The position numbers and the translations under genes were made by a program. Positions 14,985 through 29,158 of a DNA stretch of 64,000 nt are shown here, one piece after another. The DNA comes from Chrysomallon squamiferum (lineage: Eukaryota > Animalia > Mollusca), in NCBI GenBank assembly GCA_012295275.1, contig CM022674.1, positions 5,518,001 through 5,582,000 on the forward strand. Reading direction: 5' to 3'. Position 1 is the stretch's first letter, and each line of letters opens with the position of its first letter. Under the pieces are notes generated by a model. That model did no database searches. It worked only from the letters and a program-made list of their open reading frames with translations, and was not told the origin of the DNA.

Positions 14985-15646
14985 CGGGGGCAACACAGAG
15001 AAAGAATAAAAAAGAAATATTTAACTTTGTCTGTTTGCATATACTGTGTTTTTATTTATTTATTTATTTATATATACATATACATTATATATAACAGAAA
15101 AAAAAAAAAACCTCATGAGGTTAACCCATTACGTGTAGAAAATAACAAGCGACAGACACGACTTTCATAACTATGGAACAAACACAAAAAAATCTTCTCG
15201 CAAGACCGAGTGTCACCAGCTCTTAATGTATTCCTCCGCGCTCGCCGGAACCAGTAACAGGAAGTCTTTTCTTTCCGATCCGTAAATTCCTCCACTCTGA
15301 CGCGGCGCACGACGCACGGCGCATGATCAAGCACGGCGCGTGCGTGCAGCAAGCTAAAAGAACGCGGTGGAGCGGAAAGCACGGGCAATGGCTGAAGAAG
15401 TCGGATCGACGCTTCACGTGTGAATTCTCGTTAACAGAAAGACGAAGTGATTTGTCCACGCAAACCGAGGACAAGAGTGACAGCTGCAAGTGGCGCAGAC
15501 CCTCAGTACAGACAGTAATAGACATAACAGATCAAGAGACATATCTATTTACAGTTTATATAAATATGAACAGATAGATAGACAGATACACGTACATACA
15601 TATATACCATACATACATACATACATACTAGATAGACAGATATATA

Positions 15647-15720
<74 letters not shown>

Positions 15721-16810
15721 ATCAATACTTATTATTAATATATCCTCTTATGTATGGATCAATAAGCTTATTTATATATAGATATTGTGTGTGTGTGTAT
15801 ATATATATATGTGTATATATGTGCATGAGTGCACTCGTGCGTGCATTTTATAAGATCTTCATCTCATCCATAGCAGCGACAGGTAATTACTGTTTAGGCT
15901 TTCTGCTGTTATTTGTCTTTCTACTTCTACGCCAGGACAAAACAAAACAAACTAACAACACTAGAACTTATTTTATTTCCTGATACATCACTACCAGCGA
16001 CACCCATCGGTATTTCTTTATAATAAGCGATCTCTCTGTTGTTGTGATTCAGCAGCTCCTAGAAGAACTGAAAATACACTTTCCCCCCACCCAAAAAAAA
16101 TTGTCCGCTGACCTTCCGAGTTCATCTACTGACCCGTCAGAGGCAGAATATTGATTTTACAATTCGACTCGGTAATGATGCTGCGACCGAGTGAAACAAT
16201 TGAGAAGTTCAAGAAATTTTATTTTAGAATAACGATTAGCGGTTTTTTTAAACAGAGATGAGGATGTATGGGTAAGAAGAAGAAGTGGAACGGGTTTTTT
16301 TTTGTTGTTAAAAATTCGAGTTGGATGGAGGGTTGTGTATGTCGTTGGGGGAAAAAAGGGTTTTTGATTTTGTAGGTTAAGAAAATGATGGGTTTGCAAT
16401 GGTTTCGAAGAGAAGGATTGTGGAGAAAAAAAGGGATTTTGGATGAATGAATGAATGAATGAAAATGAATGAATGGTTTGCCTGGATGGTTTGGATGAAA
16501 GAGGGTGGTGGGGATTGAGAGATAGTGAATGAATGAGTGGTTGAAGGGACGGGTGGTGAAAGTGGGTGACTGGGTGGATGAATGAGTGGGTGAAGGTGAA
16601 TGAGTGGGTGACTGGATGGGTGGGTGGGTGGATGAATGAGAAAATATGAATGAATGGATGGGTAAAAAAGGTGACATAATGAATGAATGAGTAATCGAAC
16701 TAATAAACGAGCGAACGAAATTAACAAACGAAGAATTAATGTTTGTTATAAAGTCTACTCAAGATTATTTATCATAAATGATTATTTGTAAGATAAACAG
16801 AGAGAAAAAC

Positions 16811-16881
<71 letters not shown>

Positions 16882-18272
16882 AAAACCCTGTTATACTGAC
16901 ATACTTTTACAGAGTAGCAGCAAGTAATCTTTTAGATGTACTTTACAGAAGATCACATACGACGTTCTTTCATACATTAATCGTGAGAAGCTGGCTTGAT
17001 CGGGAAAAAACCCACACCAAACAGGGACTCCTCTGATGCTTATCGATGAACTCTGTCGATGAACACGAATATTCACCGTGACTTGAAATTTAAAAAAAAA
17101 AAAAAAAAAAAAGTGTCACGAACGATTAACTCGCTTCCTAAGTCAAAGTTATTTTTCTGTTTTTCTTTAATCAGCAACGACTGCGCGTCATCAAGCACAC
17201 CTCTTACATCTTCGACACTTAATTAATAGCATCTGAATGTTCCTCTACAGCATTCCCAGAATCCTTGGTTGTCAGTCTCACCCATTCCTAGCCTATGTAA
17301 AAAAAAAAAAAAAAAAAAAAAGTCAACGTTTATCTCAAGCATTTTTCTGTGATTCCAGGCATTAAACAGTAATTTCAAATTAATGGCTGATTCTAGAAAC
17401 CATTTGATCGCGAAGTCGCGTATAGATAGTAGTATTTATTGCCTCCGTTTATTGCGACCATTGTGTTATCAATTTTCGTAATATGCACAAAAGAAAGATT
17501 ACGTTTTTGCGTAGATAGTAGCGTTTTACTGTACGTCGATTAATGTTAATGTTTAATAATATATCTATCATAAAAGCATTAGGATTTTATAGATAGCAGA
17601 ATTTATTGCAACCATTTAATTTTAACGACTTCGTAGTATATATCATAAATGACATTTAATTTCGTGTAGATAGTAGTATTTGTTGATATTTCATGGACGT
17701 ATTCAGTTTGTTAATACATAACAGCGTGTGTTGGATCTTTCCTGTATGTTTTTATAGAGTTACATGCACTCTCTAAAGTAATTAAAAAAAAAAAAAAACA
17801 CGCCATAAATGTACTTTCATACATACATATATATTATATTATATTATATTATATTATATTATATTATATTATTGTATTTTACTACATTGTATTATGTTTT
17901 ATTATACTATTCTATACTCTACTATGTTTACAATACTTTATTATGCTATACAATACTTTATTATATTATATTATATTATATTATATTATATTATATTATA
18001 TTATATCATATCATATTACACATGCGATCGTACGAATGTGTTTCTGTGTGTCTGTGTGTTTGTCTATGTGTGTATGTGTATGTGTGTTCTTGTGTGAGTC
18101 TGTGTGCATCCGTATGTGTGCATGAGTGTAAATGTGTGTGTGTGTGTGTGTGTGTTTTGTGTTTGTGTGCCTGTCTGTGTGGATGTTTATGTGTGTGTTT
18201 ATGTGACACGTTTCGTTGTAGTATATCGTTCATAACGATAACAGTAATTAAAAACATCCATTGAATGTATTT

Positions 18273-18359
<87 letters not shown>

Positions 18360-18384
18360 AAGAAGATAAAATACGAAAAACCCG

Positions 18385-18540
18385 GAATGTGTCACGTGAT
18401 CATCTTCTCTGTTTTCAATTAGCAGCAAGGAATTGTTTGTAAAGTCAAAACCAAAAGCCTGGTGACGTCACGCAATTGTCTGCTGTCTTTTCATTTTTTT
18501 TTATTCATTTTTTTTTTCAGTTAGCAGCAAGGAACCTTTT

Positions 18541-18582
<42 letters not shown>

Positions 18583-19067
18583 GCAAAGAGAGAGACATCG
18601 CACCTGTTACCATCACGTGATTTTTCGATCGGCCGCAAAGTGTCTTTTTACACACACACACACACACTCACCAGCTTTCTCGCCGACTCGAAAACTGACG
18701 TCACCGCATTTGACAACCCGGGCTCGCGCGCTCTTCCTCGCAGACGTGTATTTAAACGTGACAGCGACTCGAGAGGACATTAATTAATTCTGAGCAGCAA
18801 TAAAACAAACAAAAACCAAAATGGCGGTCCGTACAGACGGCGGCCACGCCATTACCGAGTTAGCCACGTTCACCGACGTTTGACCAGCTGACCATGAAAG
18901 AGATAGCCTCGCGCAGATTGTGTATTAATAACGCATTTGACCGGTCAGCCTTGACGACGCGGAGGTCTCGGGATCGATTCGCGGTCAAGGAGAGACAGGT
19001 TATAGTGATTTTATTTCTCTTGACTAGTTTTTAGTGTGTTGATGTTATCGATTATGAGGAAGTAAGT
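18385..19067. promoter_or_regulatory. CpG-rich promoter-like island with E-boxes, CRE sites, a YY1-like motif and outward-facing splice donors
   Basis: TCACGTGA at 18392-18399 and 18613-18620, TGACGTCA at 18463-18470 and 18696-18703, and AAAATGGCGG at 18818-18827. Plus-strand donor GAA|GTAAGT at 19062 and minus-strand donor CTG|GTGAGT at about 18671-18666. Confidence 0.4.
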
Positions 19068-20055
19068 ATTTTTTATTTTTATTTTTTTTATATGTGTGTG
19101 TTTTGGGGGTTTTTTGTTTGATTTATGGTGTTGTTGTTGTTTTATTTGTTCATGTTTTTTTTTGTTTGTTTGTTTTTTTGTAGCTTTTTTAATAAGTGTC
19201 GTAATTTCTGTATTTTGTTAATTTCTAACCGAACAAAAATGTCGCGTGGAAATTTGGAGTGGAATGAAAATTTTGCAAACATATACATAATCTGTGTGTA
19301 TGTGTGTGTGTGCGTGTGTGCGTGCACCTAATACACACAGACTCATGTAAAAATAAAAGGAAAATAGCTTCATACATAAACGAAGACGCAAACTGACAGA
19401 TTTATATATATGCATGAACAGAAATCCTTACTTTTAAAAGAACAAAAACAATAACACGAAACCAAAATAGATATATATGCAAATAGACAAATTTAAATCT
19501 AAAAGAAGAAGAAGAAATTTAGGAGGTAAAAAAAAAAAAAAAAAAAAAAAGAAGACTTTAATGAATAATCAGAAGCCGATGTAAAATTTACTGCTTTTTA
19601 ATCCGACCAAAATGGCGTCCAGCCTTTCCCATGTTTGTATAATTCCTCCTTTCATTAAGCGCACCGCATCACAAGAGCACCGTTTCAAGTTCAATTGAAG
19701 ATTACTCTTTTCTGTGAACAGCGATTTTCGCCAATAGCTGACACATTAATTGTGATAGACTTGCTTTCTTTCTCGTGTGTTTGTTATGATTAACACTGCA
19801 AGAGTCTACGGACTTTGCTACGTTGTAATTCCAGTGAAGGAGATTTCAAGTCGCGTTGTTTGGAAAATTGCGTCGTGAAGCAAAATTACTGTAGAAATAG
19901 TTCTGAGTTCACCTCCTTGCTTCGTAAATTCGCTCTCAGTAAAGCTGTGTACATACAGTGTGACTTGCTATAGATGATGATATTTTAAATAAATCTTGTT
20001 TTTTTTGTATGTGTTTGTGTATAATGATTGTGGAGTGTTTGCAAGTATATGTAGG

Positions 20056-20126
<71 letters not shown>

Positions 20127-20198
20127 GACACAAACAGAGAGATTACATACAGACACAAAACACACACACACACACACACACACATATATTACCATAAG

Positions 20199-20307
<109 letters not shown>

Positions 20308-21399
20308 CTCTCTCTTTTTATCTCTGTACGTCAAACTGAGATTTGTTCTTTTTATTAATCCACCTCTTTTCTCTCTCAAACCAGCCAATTCTCTGAATCT
20401 GTGGATTTATCTTACTGTATTTGCTTATAAAATCAGTTAATAATTTGTGGTTGTTATTTTGTAATTTCTGTTCTATAATCGAACATACAATGTCAGTAAA
20501 ACGAAATCTACTGATTTGTAACTTTCAAAACTGTTGGTTTTTTTTTTTTTTTTTTTTTTCAATACTAGCTATTTTTAAACAGAAATGATTTCGCGTTTCG
20601 AAACTGATAGTGTAAGGGTCATTACTCAAGTATAAACAGCTTCTGCGAAAAAAGTTCGTTTAAAAGTAGAAAAGAAAAAAAAAAAACATACATCGGAGTG
20701 GGAAAAACAAATCGAAATTCCATTTTAACGAAAAAAATAGTTTTTGAAAGGGCCTTTAGAATAACAGGATGCACTGAAAATTGCCATATATTTTTATATC
20801 TTATTTATTTCTTCTTTCAATTCTTTTTTTCTTTTTTGACGAGCGAACCATAAAAGACGAAAGAAAAGTAGAAAGAAAAGCATTAATTAAAATATAAACG
20901 TACCTGAAAAGTCTTTTTGATAATAATATTATTTACAAAACATCCATGACAAAAATCGATGTACTGTTATCCAATGACGTTACTAAGGAATATGACGTCA
21001 TAATCAAAACTACGCTGCGTTTGTATTCTTTAGAGAGAAGATCTCCGAGACAGTTAAATTTTCTCAAGGTAAGCCTTTCATTTTATTTTTATAGATATAT
21101 ATATTTATGAAGTTAAATTCTGGCGTACGATGTATTAAGTATTTCCATGGCAATTCCATGAAATATTTGTTTAACAGCACTTAACAGCGTCACCTCATTA
21201 TAATTATCTCAGTATAGATAATGGTAGTGATGAGAATGATTGTGATAATGTGTTGTTGTTGTTGTTGTTGTTAGTAGTAGTAGTTATAGCACTGATATTG
21301 TTATTTTTGATATTATTCTTATTACTGTTATTATTGTTGTTGTTGTTTTGCTGACATTGATATTTATTCTTACTGCTATTATTACTATTATTGTTGTTG

Positions 21400-21504
<105 letters not shown>

Positions 21505-21798
21505 CTCTTAATTCTTTTTCTTTCTTTTCATTTCACTTTTCCATATGTTTGAAACAAGAAAAGGTCTTTTTTTTACTTTCAGAAATATTATTTTGTTAAT
21601 TATGATGGTAATTCTTTTCTTTTCTTTTCTTTTCTTTTCTTTTTTTATTATTATTATTTTTTTCTTATTAATGTATATATTTTTGTTTGTTACATGTAGT
21701 CAAATTACATTCTATATACATTTAGTATTCGAGAACTCACTGCCATAAACTATATACATATACATATATTAAATAGGCTTGCGTCCACGTTATCTCTC

Positions 21799-21837
<39 letters not shown>

Positions 21838-22205
21838 TTTCTATGTATATATGTATATTTATATGTATATATATGTATATATGTCAGTATGTATAATTAT
21901 ATGGATGAATGTATGTATGGATTGTGTGTGTGTTTGTGTATGAATGTATGTCTCTATGTTTGTACATGTGTAATTTTGAATGTATGTATCTATAAATTTA
22001 TGTATTTCTGAATGATGTATGTTGGTGTGGAAATGTGTAATTAATAATGACTGTAATAATAAATTCTACTGCTTTAACTAGCTCTCGTTCTAAGGGCAAC
22101 AACTCTAGCATGACTGTTTATCTAGCACCTTTATTCATGAATAGTCTCCCTTATCCTGAATCAAAAACTATTTTGCTCCTTTAAATAAACGACACTTTAA
22201 AATAA

Positions 22206-22252
<47 letters not shown>

Positions 22253-22749
22253 TAAAGAAATAAATAGAAAAGGAGAAGAAAACAAATTTCGATGGACTGT
22301 TAGAAAACGGCTTGTTTAATGTGAAAAATAAATAATATTTGTAAGTTCATGTTATTTAATAATATTAGACAACTCAATAATACATGAATCAGAGTCCCAC
22401 AAGCTGATGAATGCACAACATTTTCCCCTTTTCTCAGTCAACTTCTTCCTTCTTTTTTTGAAAAAAAACCCTACAGTTCGGTTTAACATTATTTGATCAC
22501 ACAGATGTACAGTACTGGCTCGGACTTATTCTGGTGTCAAGGGGGGAAGGGGAACTTAAAAAAAAACAACCCTAGACAAGTTTTCTCTTGAAACGAATAA
22601 ATCTAAGAATCTCTGATGATAATTTTACATCATCCCGTAAATTTGATTTTTTTTTTTTTTTTTTTTTTTTTTTAGGATTCTTTACACACATTTACCGGAT
22701 GTTTTTTTTTTTTTTTTTTTTTTTTTATTTATGGAAAGTCATTCCTCCT

Positions 22750-24512
22750 CTAGAGCGAATCCAGCGGTATTCCTGCTCGCTGCAGTATGAATCTGGAAAT
22801 ATCTGTAACAGTTCCACTCGCGTAACGAACCATATTGGCGTGAAGCTCGGGGAAGTTGTCGACCCAGTGAAACGACAGAGTCTCGTTCTGCCAAAAGAAG
22901 CTCTTCCCGGGTCTGTTCTGCAGCAGAGCCGACCTGTAGCCTTCCTGCCACGTCGGGTGACAGTTGTGGTTGAGACACTTGACCTGAAGGTGAGGGTCGA
23001 TGAAGGCGATGTCCGGCTGGAACTCGACGATTTTGTACGAAAGGTAGCGATCGGCGAACCAGACCGGGTCTTCCCGATGCATCCTGAACATGACGTTGAG
23101 CTGTCGGAGGTACTCGGCGTTCTGCTTCGCCATCACAACGCAGTGGTTGATCGACTCGGGCCAATCCCCGTGCGTCAGCCAGTCAGGGGAGACGACCGCT
23201 TCGTACCCGAAGTGAGCGTCGGGGATCTTCTGCGTCCACAGCGTGTTCTGGTCCTGGTAGACTCCGCCGTATTTCAGGAGGACGTCGATCTTCATCAGAC
23301 TCGTCGCCAGGTCTTCGGGGACGTCTCCCCCGTCCTCGGCCGGCGCTTTTCGCTGGAGGTAAATGAACTGAGGCCGCCGGGAAATCTTCTCCCACCACAC
23401 GCCAGACGGCGCCACCGGTCCGTGAATGTACACCGTGTGAAACTTGGCCACGTGGATGGCACTGAGCATGCTGAGGTAGCCGATGAATTTCAGCTCGCAG
23501 TTTCCGACGCAGACGTAGTGCGAGATCCGCGGGATGGGATTCGCCATGTCGTGGCGGTGTCTGATTTCCCGGACGCCGTACATCGACTGCCTCGCAACCA
23601 TGGCGACCAGCGAGTTGCTGAACCAGACGTCTTTCGGGTTGAGGGGAACCTCCAAGTTGATGCAGGGCGAGTCCTTCTCGAGCTCTTTGACGTCCTCTTC
23701 CTCGGAGTAACAGTAATTTATCTTCCCGTAGTTCTTGTCGTTCTGCTCAAGCAGCGAAATCAAATCCCCGGCGGATTCCGGCTTTGAGAAACGCCCTCTC
23801 TTCCCCATCAGCAACCCGTCCCGGAATTCGAGGATGTTCTTCGAGCTCACTCCCGAAACGAAATCCAGGTTCATTAGTTCGGGCGGGAAGCTGGTAACTA
23901 AGGAACTTTCCGGGACGTAAACCCCTCCGTAACGGTGCAGAAGACCGACGGCTAGCAAAATCCGGTAGAGTCCATTGGTTTCGCAAGGGTGCTAAGCTTG
24001 TGCAGCACAAACATCTCGTTTCGAATCTGGTTGAACCACGTGTAGTACTTTTCCCCGTCCACCTCGGGGAGGTAACTGTAATGGAAGTAAACGACGTCGG
24101 GTTTGACAAAATCGATAGCTCTTTTGAGCGCGATGTAATGTCTGAACTCGAAATAACCTCGCCGACACCAAACGTAGTGTAAAATATTCTCCGACGTCCG
24201 AGAAAGCAAACCCTGATCTGACTGCAGTCCAGGATCAGATAACTCTGTCTTGGCCTGATTAGAGTTTGACGACTCCGCCATGTTTAATCCAAGGTTAGAT
24301 AACCCAAAGTTCATTTCTAATGAGCGCTTGAGATGAAACACGTCTGTCATTTTATTTTCTATTTCGCCCAGTTTTGCGTACCTCGACCCGAACTTTGAAA
24401 TACTTCCAATGGTAAAGTCATTAACAAATAAAACAAGTAAGAACAATGAGACTGCGATTATCCAGAAAGAAAACCGCTTTAGTTTTCTACTGCAACTGAA
24501 AAACCTCTTCAT
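22750..24512 (-). CDS. Type II membrane glycosyltransferase-like protein with two tandem GT32/alpha-1,4-glycosyltransferase-like domains; about 587 aa if one frameshift near 23955-23991 is corrected
   Basis: ORF 24512-23952 has an N-terminal TM (FWIIAVSLFLLVLFV), a stem and ILHYVW...FEFRHYIALKRAI...PDVVYFH. It continues in the -1 frame as HPCETNGLYRILLAVGLLHRYGGVYV into ORF 23958-22750. That ORF carries a second domain, IPRISHYV...FIGYLSMLSA...VYIHG...WW...IDVLLKYGGVYQDQN. An acceptor (ttattcag, AG at 24534-24533) precedes the ATG. Confidence 0.8.
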
Positions 24513-25270
24513 TGTGTCAGGTTTTCATATATCTGAATAAATAAAACAAATACAAAATTGAGTAAACAAATAAACAGACAAATAAATAAACATCAAACAA
24601 ACAAATGAATTTATTAATAAATAAATAAAATTTAAATAACAAATAAACAAACAAGGAAATAAATAAACAAACAAGGAAATAAACAAACGAACAAATAAAT
24701 AAATAAACAACAACCAAACAAACGAATTTATAAATAAATAAAAATAAAAAAAAAATAAATAAATAAATAAAAAAAAAAATAAACACATAAATAAACAAAC
24801 AAACGAACAGATAAATAAATAAACAACAACCAAACTAACGAATTTATAAATAAATAAAAATAAACAAAAAATAAATAAATAAACAAACAAACAAATAAAT
24901 AAACAAACAAACAAACAAGGAAATAAATAAAAAAAAAACAAAACAAATAAATACGCTGATCTGTATGGAAATGATATGTATAAGGCCGCCATGACTGATG
25001 TTGTAATAACAAATAAAAAAACACACGAAACCTTTCACCGTATCACAGAATTACAACACTGAATACATCTGTGTTACATAATACACTTTAAGAGAGAGGT
25101 TGCAACAGACACGATAACAGACACAAAGACGAAAAGAACTGATTATAGTCTTTTCAGTATACATACACGCGTTATTTGTTATTTGCAAAAGATGTCATTC
25201 AACGCCTTATATTATAAATCCACACCCTTCTTTTTTTTTCTCATTTATTTCGTCTTATTTATCCTTATAT

Positions 25271-25308
<38 letters not shown>

Positions 25309-26198
25309 TCATTCATTCATTCATTCATTCGTTTGTTTATTCATTCATTCATTTATTTAATTATTTAATTTGTTTCTTTATTCGTTTGTTTATTTGTTTA
25401 TTTATTCTTATTGCTGTCGTTGTTTTCTTTATTTTTATTCTTCATTATTATTGTTGTTGCTGTTGTTGTTGTTACTGCTGCTGCTGCTGGTGTTGATTTC
25501 TATATGAAAAGATGTACAGAAGAGAATGTTTTATTTATTTTTTTTACAGGAATTAAAGAAATGAATTATTTGCAACAATACTTTGATGAATATTTCTCGA
25601 TTCAGTATCAAAATGTGTAAGATGAATGAATGAGTGAGTGAACGAATGAACGAAGTAATAAATAAATTAATTAATTAATGAACAGCGACATTTCGAAACC
25701 ATTTTAATTTTAACGATTAGAGTTCTAACAAAACCTTTTGTATAACGCATATTTATAAATAATCGAGATAAACACTAAGAAACAATAATAACAAAATAAC
25801 TTTAGAAACGAAGAAATAGGATTTTTGATATTTCTATTACTGTTATTATTGGTGCTGTTGTCAGAGAAAGTAACAACAAAATAAACAATAATCAAGTCTA
25901 TTTTAATACAGACTTGTTTATGAAAGATTCTTTGAATGACTATGTATGTAAATGACAGTCAGACACACATACATATTCAATATTTGGAATAGAAAAGAAA
26001 ACATTTTTTGTTTTTTCTTTTTTCTTCTTATTATATTTATCTTTTATTTTTATTCCCCCCCCCCGACTGTATATATATATATGTCTATTATCATAGTTTC
26101 TGCTATGAATCATATAATCAATGCAAATCAGTTTTCCATATTTCAAAAGATTTCTTCCCACGCATCAGAAATATTATATTTTGTAACTGTATTACTAG

Positions 26199-26284
<86 letters not shown>

Positions 26285-26440
26285 CATTATCATCATTATC
26301 ATTAATATTAGTAGTAGTAATATTATTGTTGTTGTTGATATTGTCATTATTAACGTTGTTATTATTACTATTTAATTAAGATATCAATATTAACCGTCAT
26401 ACAACAAAAATAATATATATATATATATATATATACACAG

Positions 26441-26476
<36 letters not shown>

Positions 26477-26877
26477 AGGTATTATGTGTAATATCTTACA
26501 CACTCGTGAATCGTGTACAAGACCTGAAATTTTCAGATATTATACATAAAACCTGAAATTTAGTTAGTTATTTTATACCTATTGCTATATCATTGTAACT
26601 GAGTTTTCCCCATCCTCTTTGTAGCATGTAATAAATATAAGTTCTGCTTTCAATCGTCAGCTTAAGAAATGCGTAGACAATTATTTCAACAGACAAGTAG
26701 CGAAATCTAGAGTGCAGGACAGTATTCATTTCTAGTAATGTCTAATATTAGTAATCATCTGGTAAAAGAAATACAAATAATGTTACTTAGGTAAGTGTAT
26801 TTTAAGCTTGTGTTACTGTTAGAATATGAGTCACATTTTCTGAAAGTGTCCAACTAGGTGAAAAGCGTACGGTGATG

Positions 26878-26915
<38 letters not shown>

Positions 26916-27241
26916 TAAGTGAGTAAGAAAAGAAAAAGAAAATTAGGACAAAAAATTTAAATTTTAATTAAATATAATCTTTTTTTTTTTTATTAATGAC
27001 AAATACTAAAAAAAAAAATCATATTGAGAAATAATATCAGGAATAATATTAACAGAATAAACCAGTGGAAACGTTTAACTTGTTTCAGCATGGGAGAGAG
27101 TATTTTGACACCGTGAACTCAACGTCACTAAAAGACTGCGAAAATATTTCTCATCTTTTGTTGATTTTCATTCATTATTTTGACAGTGACAGTGAATGAC
27201 TTCATTCTCATAAACTATAGGGTTACAGTAGAGAGAAATTT

Positions 27242-27346
27242 GTATTACAGATATAAAATAACAAAAATAAAATGCACGTGCGAAGGATTACAGAACAGAG
27301 AAGAATGTATTACAGATATTTAATAACAAAATTAAAATGCACGTGC
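27242..27346. repeat. Tandem duplication with a period of about 65 bp
   Basis: gtattacagatat..aataacaaaa.taaaatgcacgtgc occurs twice. Confidence 0.7.
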
Positions 27347-29062
27347 ATGGAAATGCAGCTTGGACAACGCATTCTTTCACATGTAATTCTTATTAACAGA
27401 CGTATCTTTTTAACATAAACATATTAATATAAACACATTTACATAAACACATTAATATAAACACATTAAAATTGACATGTTAATATAAACACAGTCTTGC
27501 TGTTCAACAAATTATGAATATATTCTGATTTCTCGTGCATTTAACAGATATATTTTTCTCTCGCTTTTTATAACACATGATCATTACATTTAATAATAAT
27601 ATTATTATAATTCCCATCTCCCATTTTGTTAAGATCACAAATGTCGACTTTTCTATTTTGTCTCGGAATTCTAAAGCATCGATCATTTTCAATAGGACGT
27701 TTAGCCAAATACATTAACCTTCTTTTGAAACAGCACTGTAAGATGGTTTTGTAGTTCAAATTATTTTGAAAATTCTGTAATTAATACCCTTCGGAGACGT
27801 TTTATTTTCATCATTTGTAAAAACAGATCTTGTAATATTTTGGATGCCGTTTCACGTAACCATTAAAAATTATCAAAGTTGTGAAATGTTTATATATATA
27901 TATATACACATTATATCCACACGCACACACACACACACGTACATCAAAACAAAAAAGGTCTACAATATTTATCACAAATTATTTCGATCGAGAATCGATA
28001 ACAGTCATTAAACAATACAGCTATGACGAAATCTTTTCTTTTTTTTCACCTGTACAAATACGTTTCAAACCCCCAAAAGAAAGGTTTATCGTTCTTACTT
28101 TTACAGAAACACAAAAGGAATATTTTGCCCTAGTTCACAACAGAGCATAAAACGAAGGGTACGTTTGTTAATACTTGGCAAATATTTACAGAAATGTCAT
28201 GTGGAGTCCCTCCTATCAACTGCACAATTTGGAAAACGTCATATTTCACAATCTACAGTAAAACTGGTTGTTTGTTAAAATAAACAAATGTATATTGTCA
28301 TGGGGACGTTATTTAGCTAGTAGGCTGTACATAGCTTTCATTGCTTTGTTATATACTTCTTTTGCATCTGAATAAACCGTTTCTTGTAAAGTGGACGCCT
28401 AGGTATTTATATTTATAGTTATCAGCTGAACCAATAACCTCTCCATCAAATTTAAATACAAAACCAAGAGGTTTTTTTTCTCCTTTTACTGAAAATCATT
28501 ATTTGATAACGGACTTAAAGTTTCAATAGTCGACAGAAATCGGCAAAAATGTTAAGATTAAGCCTCACTATGAATCAGTTAGAAACAGATTGTTGTAATG
28601 TGTAAAATAATACCGGAATGTTGTATTCGAGCAGAAGATAGCAAAAAATGTAAAAATATTTTTTACCTACCTCTTCACAGTCAAAACAGTTGCTTGCTCA
28701 TTATTAATTCAAAGAACAGCTCACACCTGTTGACAAAACTGCGCAATTTATATCTCAATAACTACCAGATTGAAGAAGAACTTACTTATTGTATATTTAT
28801 ATATATTAAGAGGATGGGAGAACAAAATTACAATAAAATATTAACAGAAGAAACAATTTAGGGAATATGAATAAAATAACTGACTGAAAATTTCAGTTTT
28901 TAAACATAACGCCTTAAATTTTTAGGAATTGAAGTCCTGCATAATTCCTGAATAGAACAGACATTTTACATTAATACCTGACAATTGTAGAATTGTGCTT
29001 ATTCCTTGTAAGATTATCAATATATATGAAATCTCATTAATAATCTTGTCTACAAACTCAAT

Positions 29063-29158
<96 letters not shown>

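Noticed and set aside
22588-23787. 399-aa plus-strand ORF over the glycosyltransferase gene
   Set aside because: Antisense shadow of a GC3-rich CDS. It begins in poly-T runs and has no domain features.
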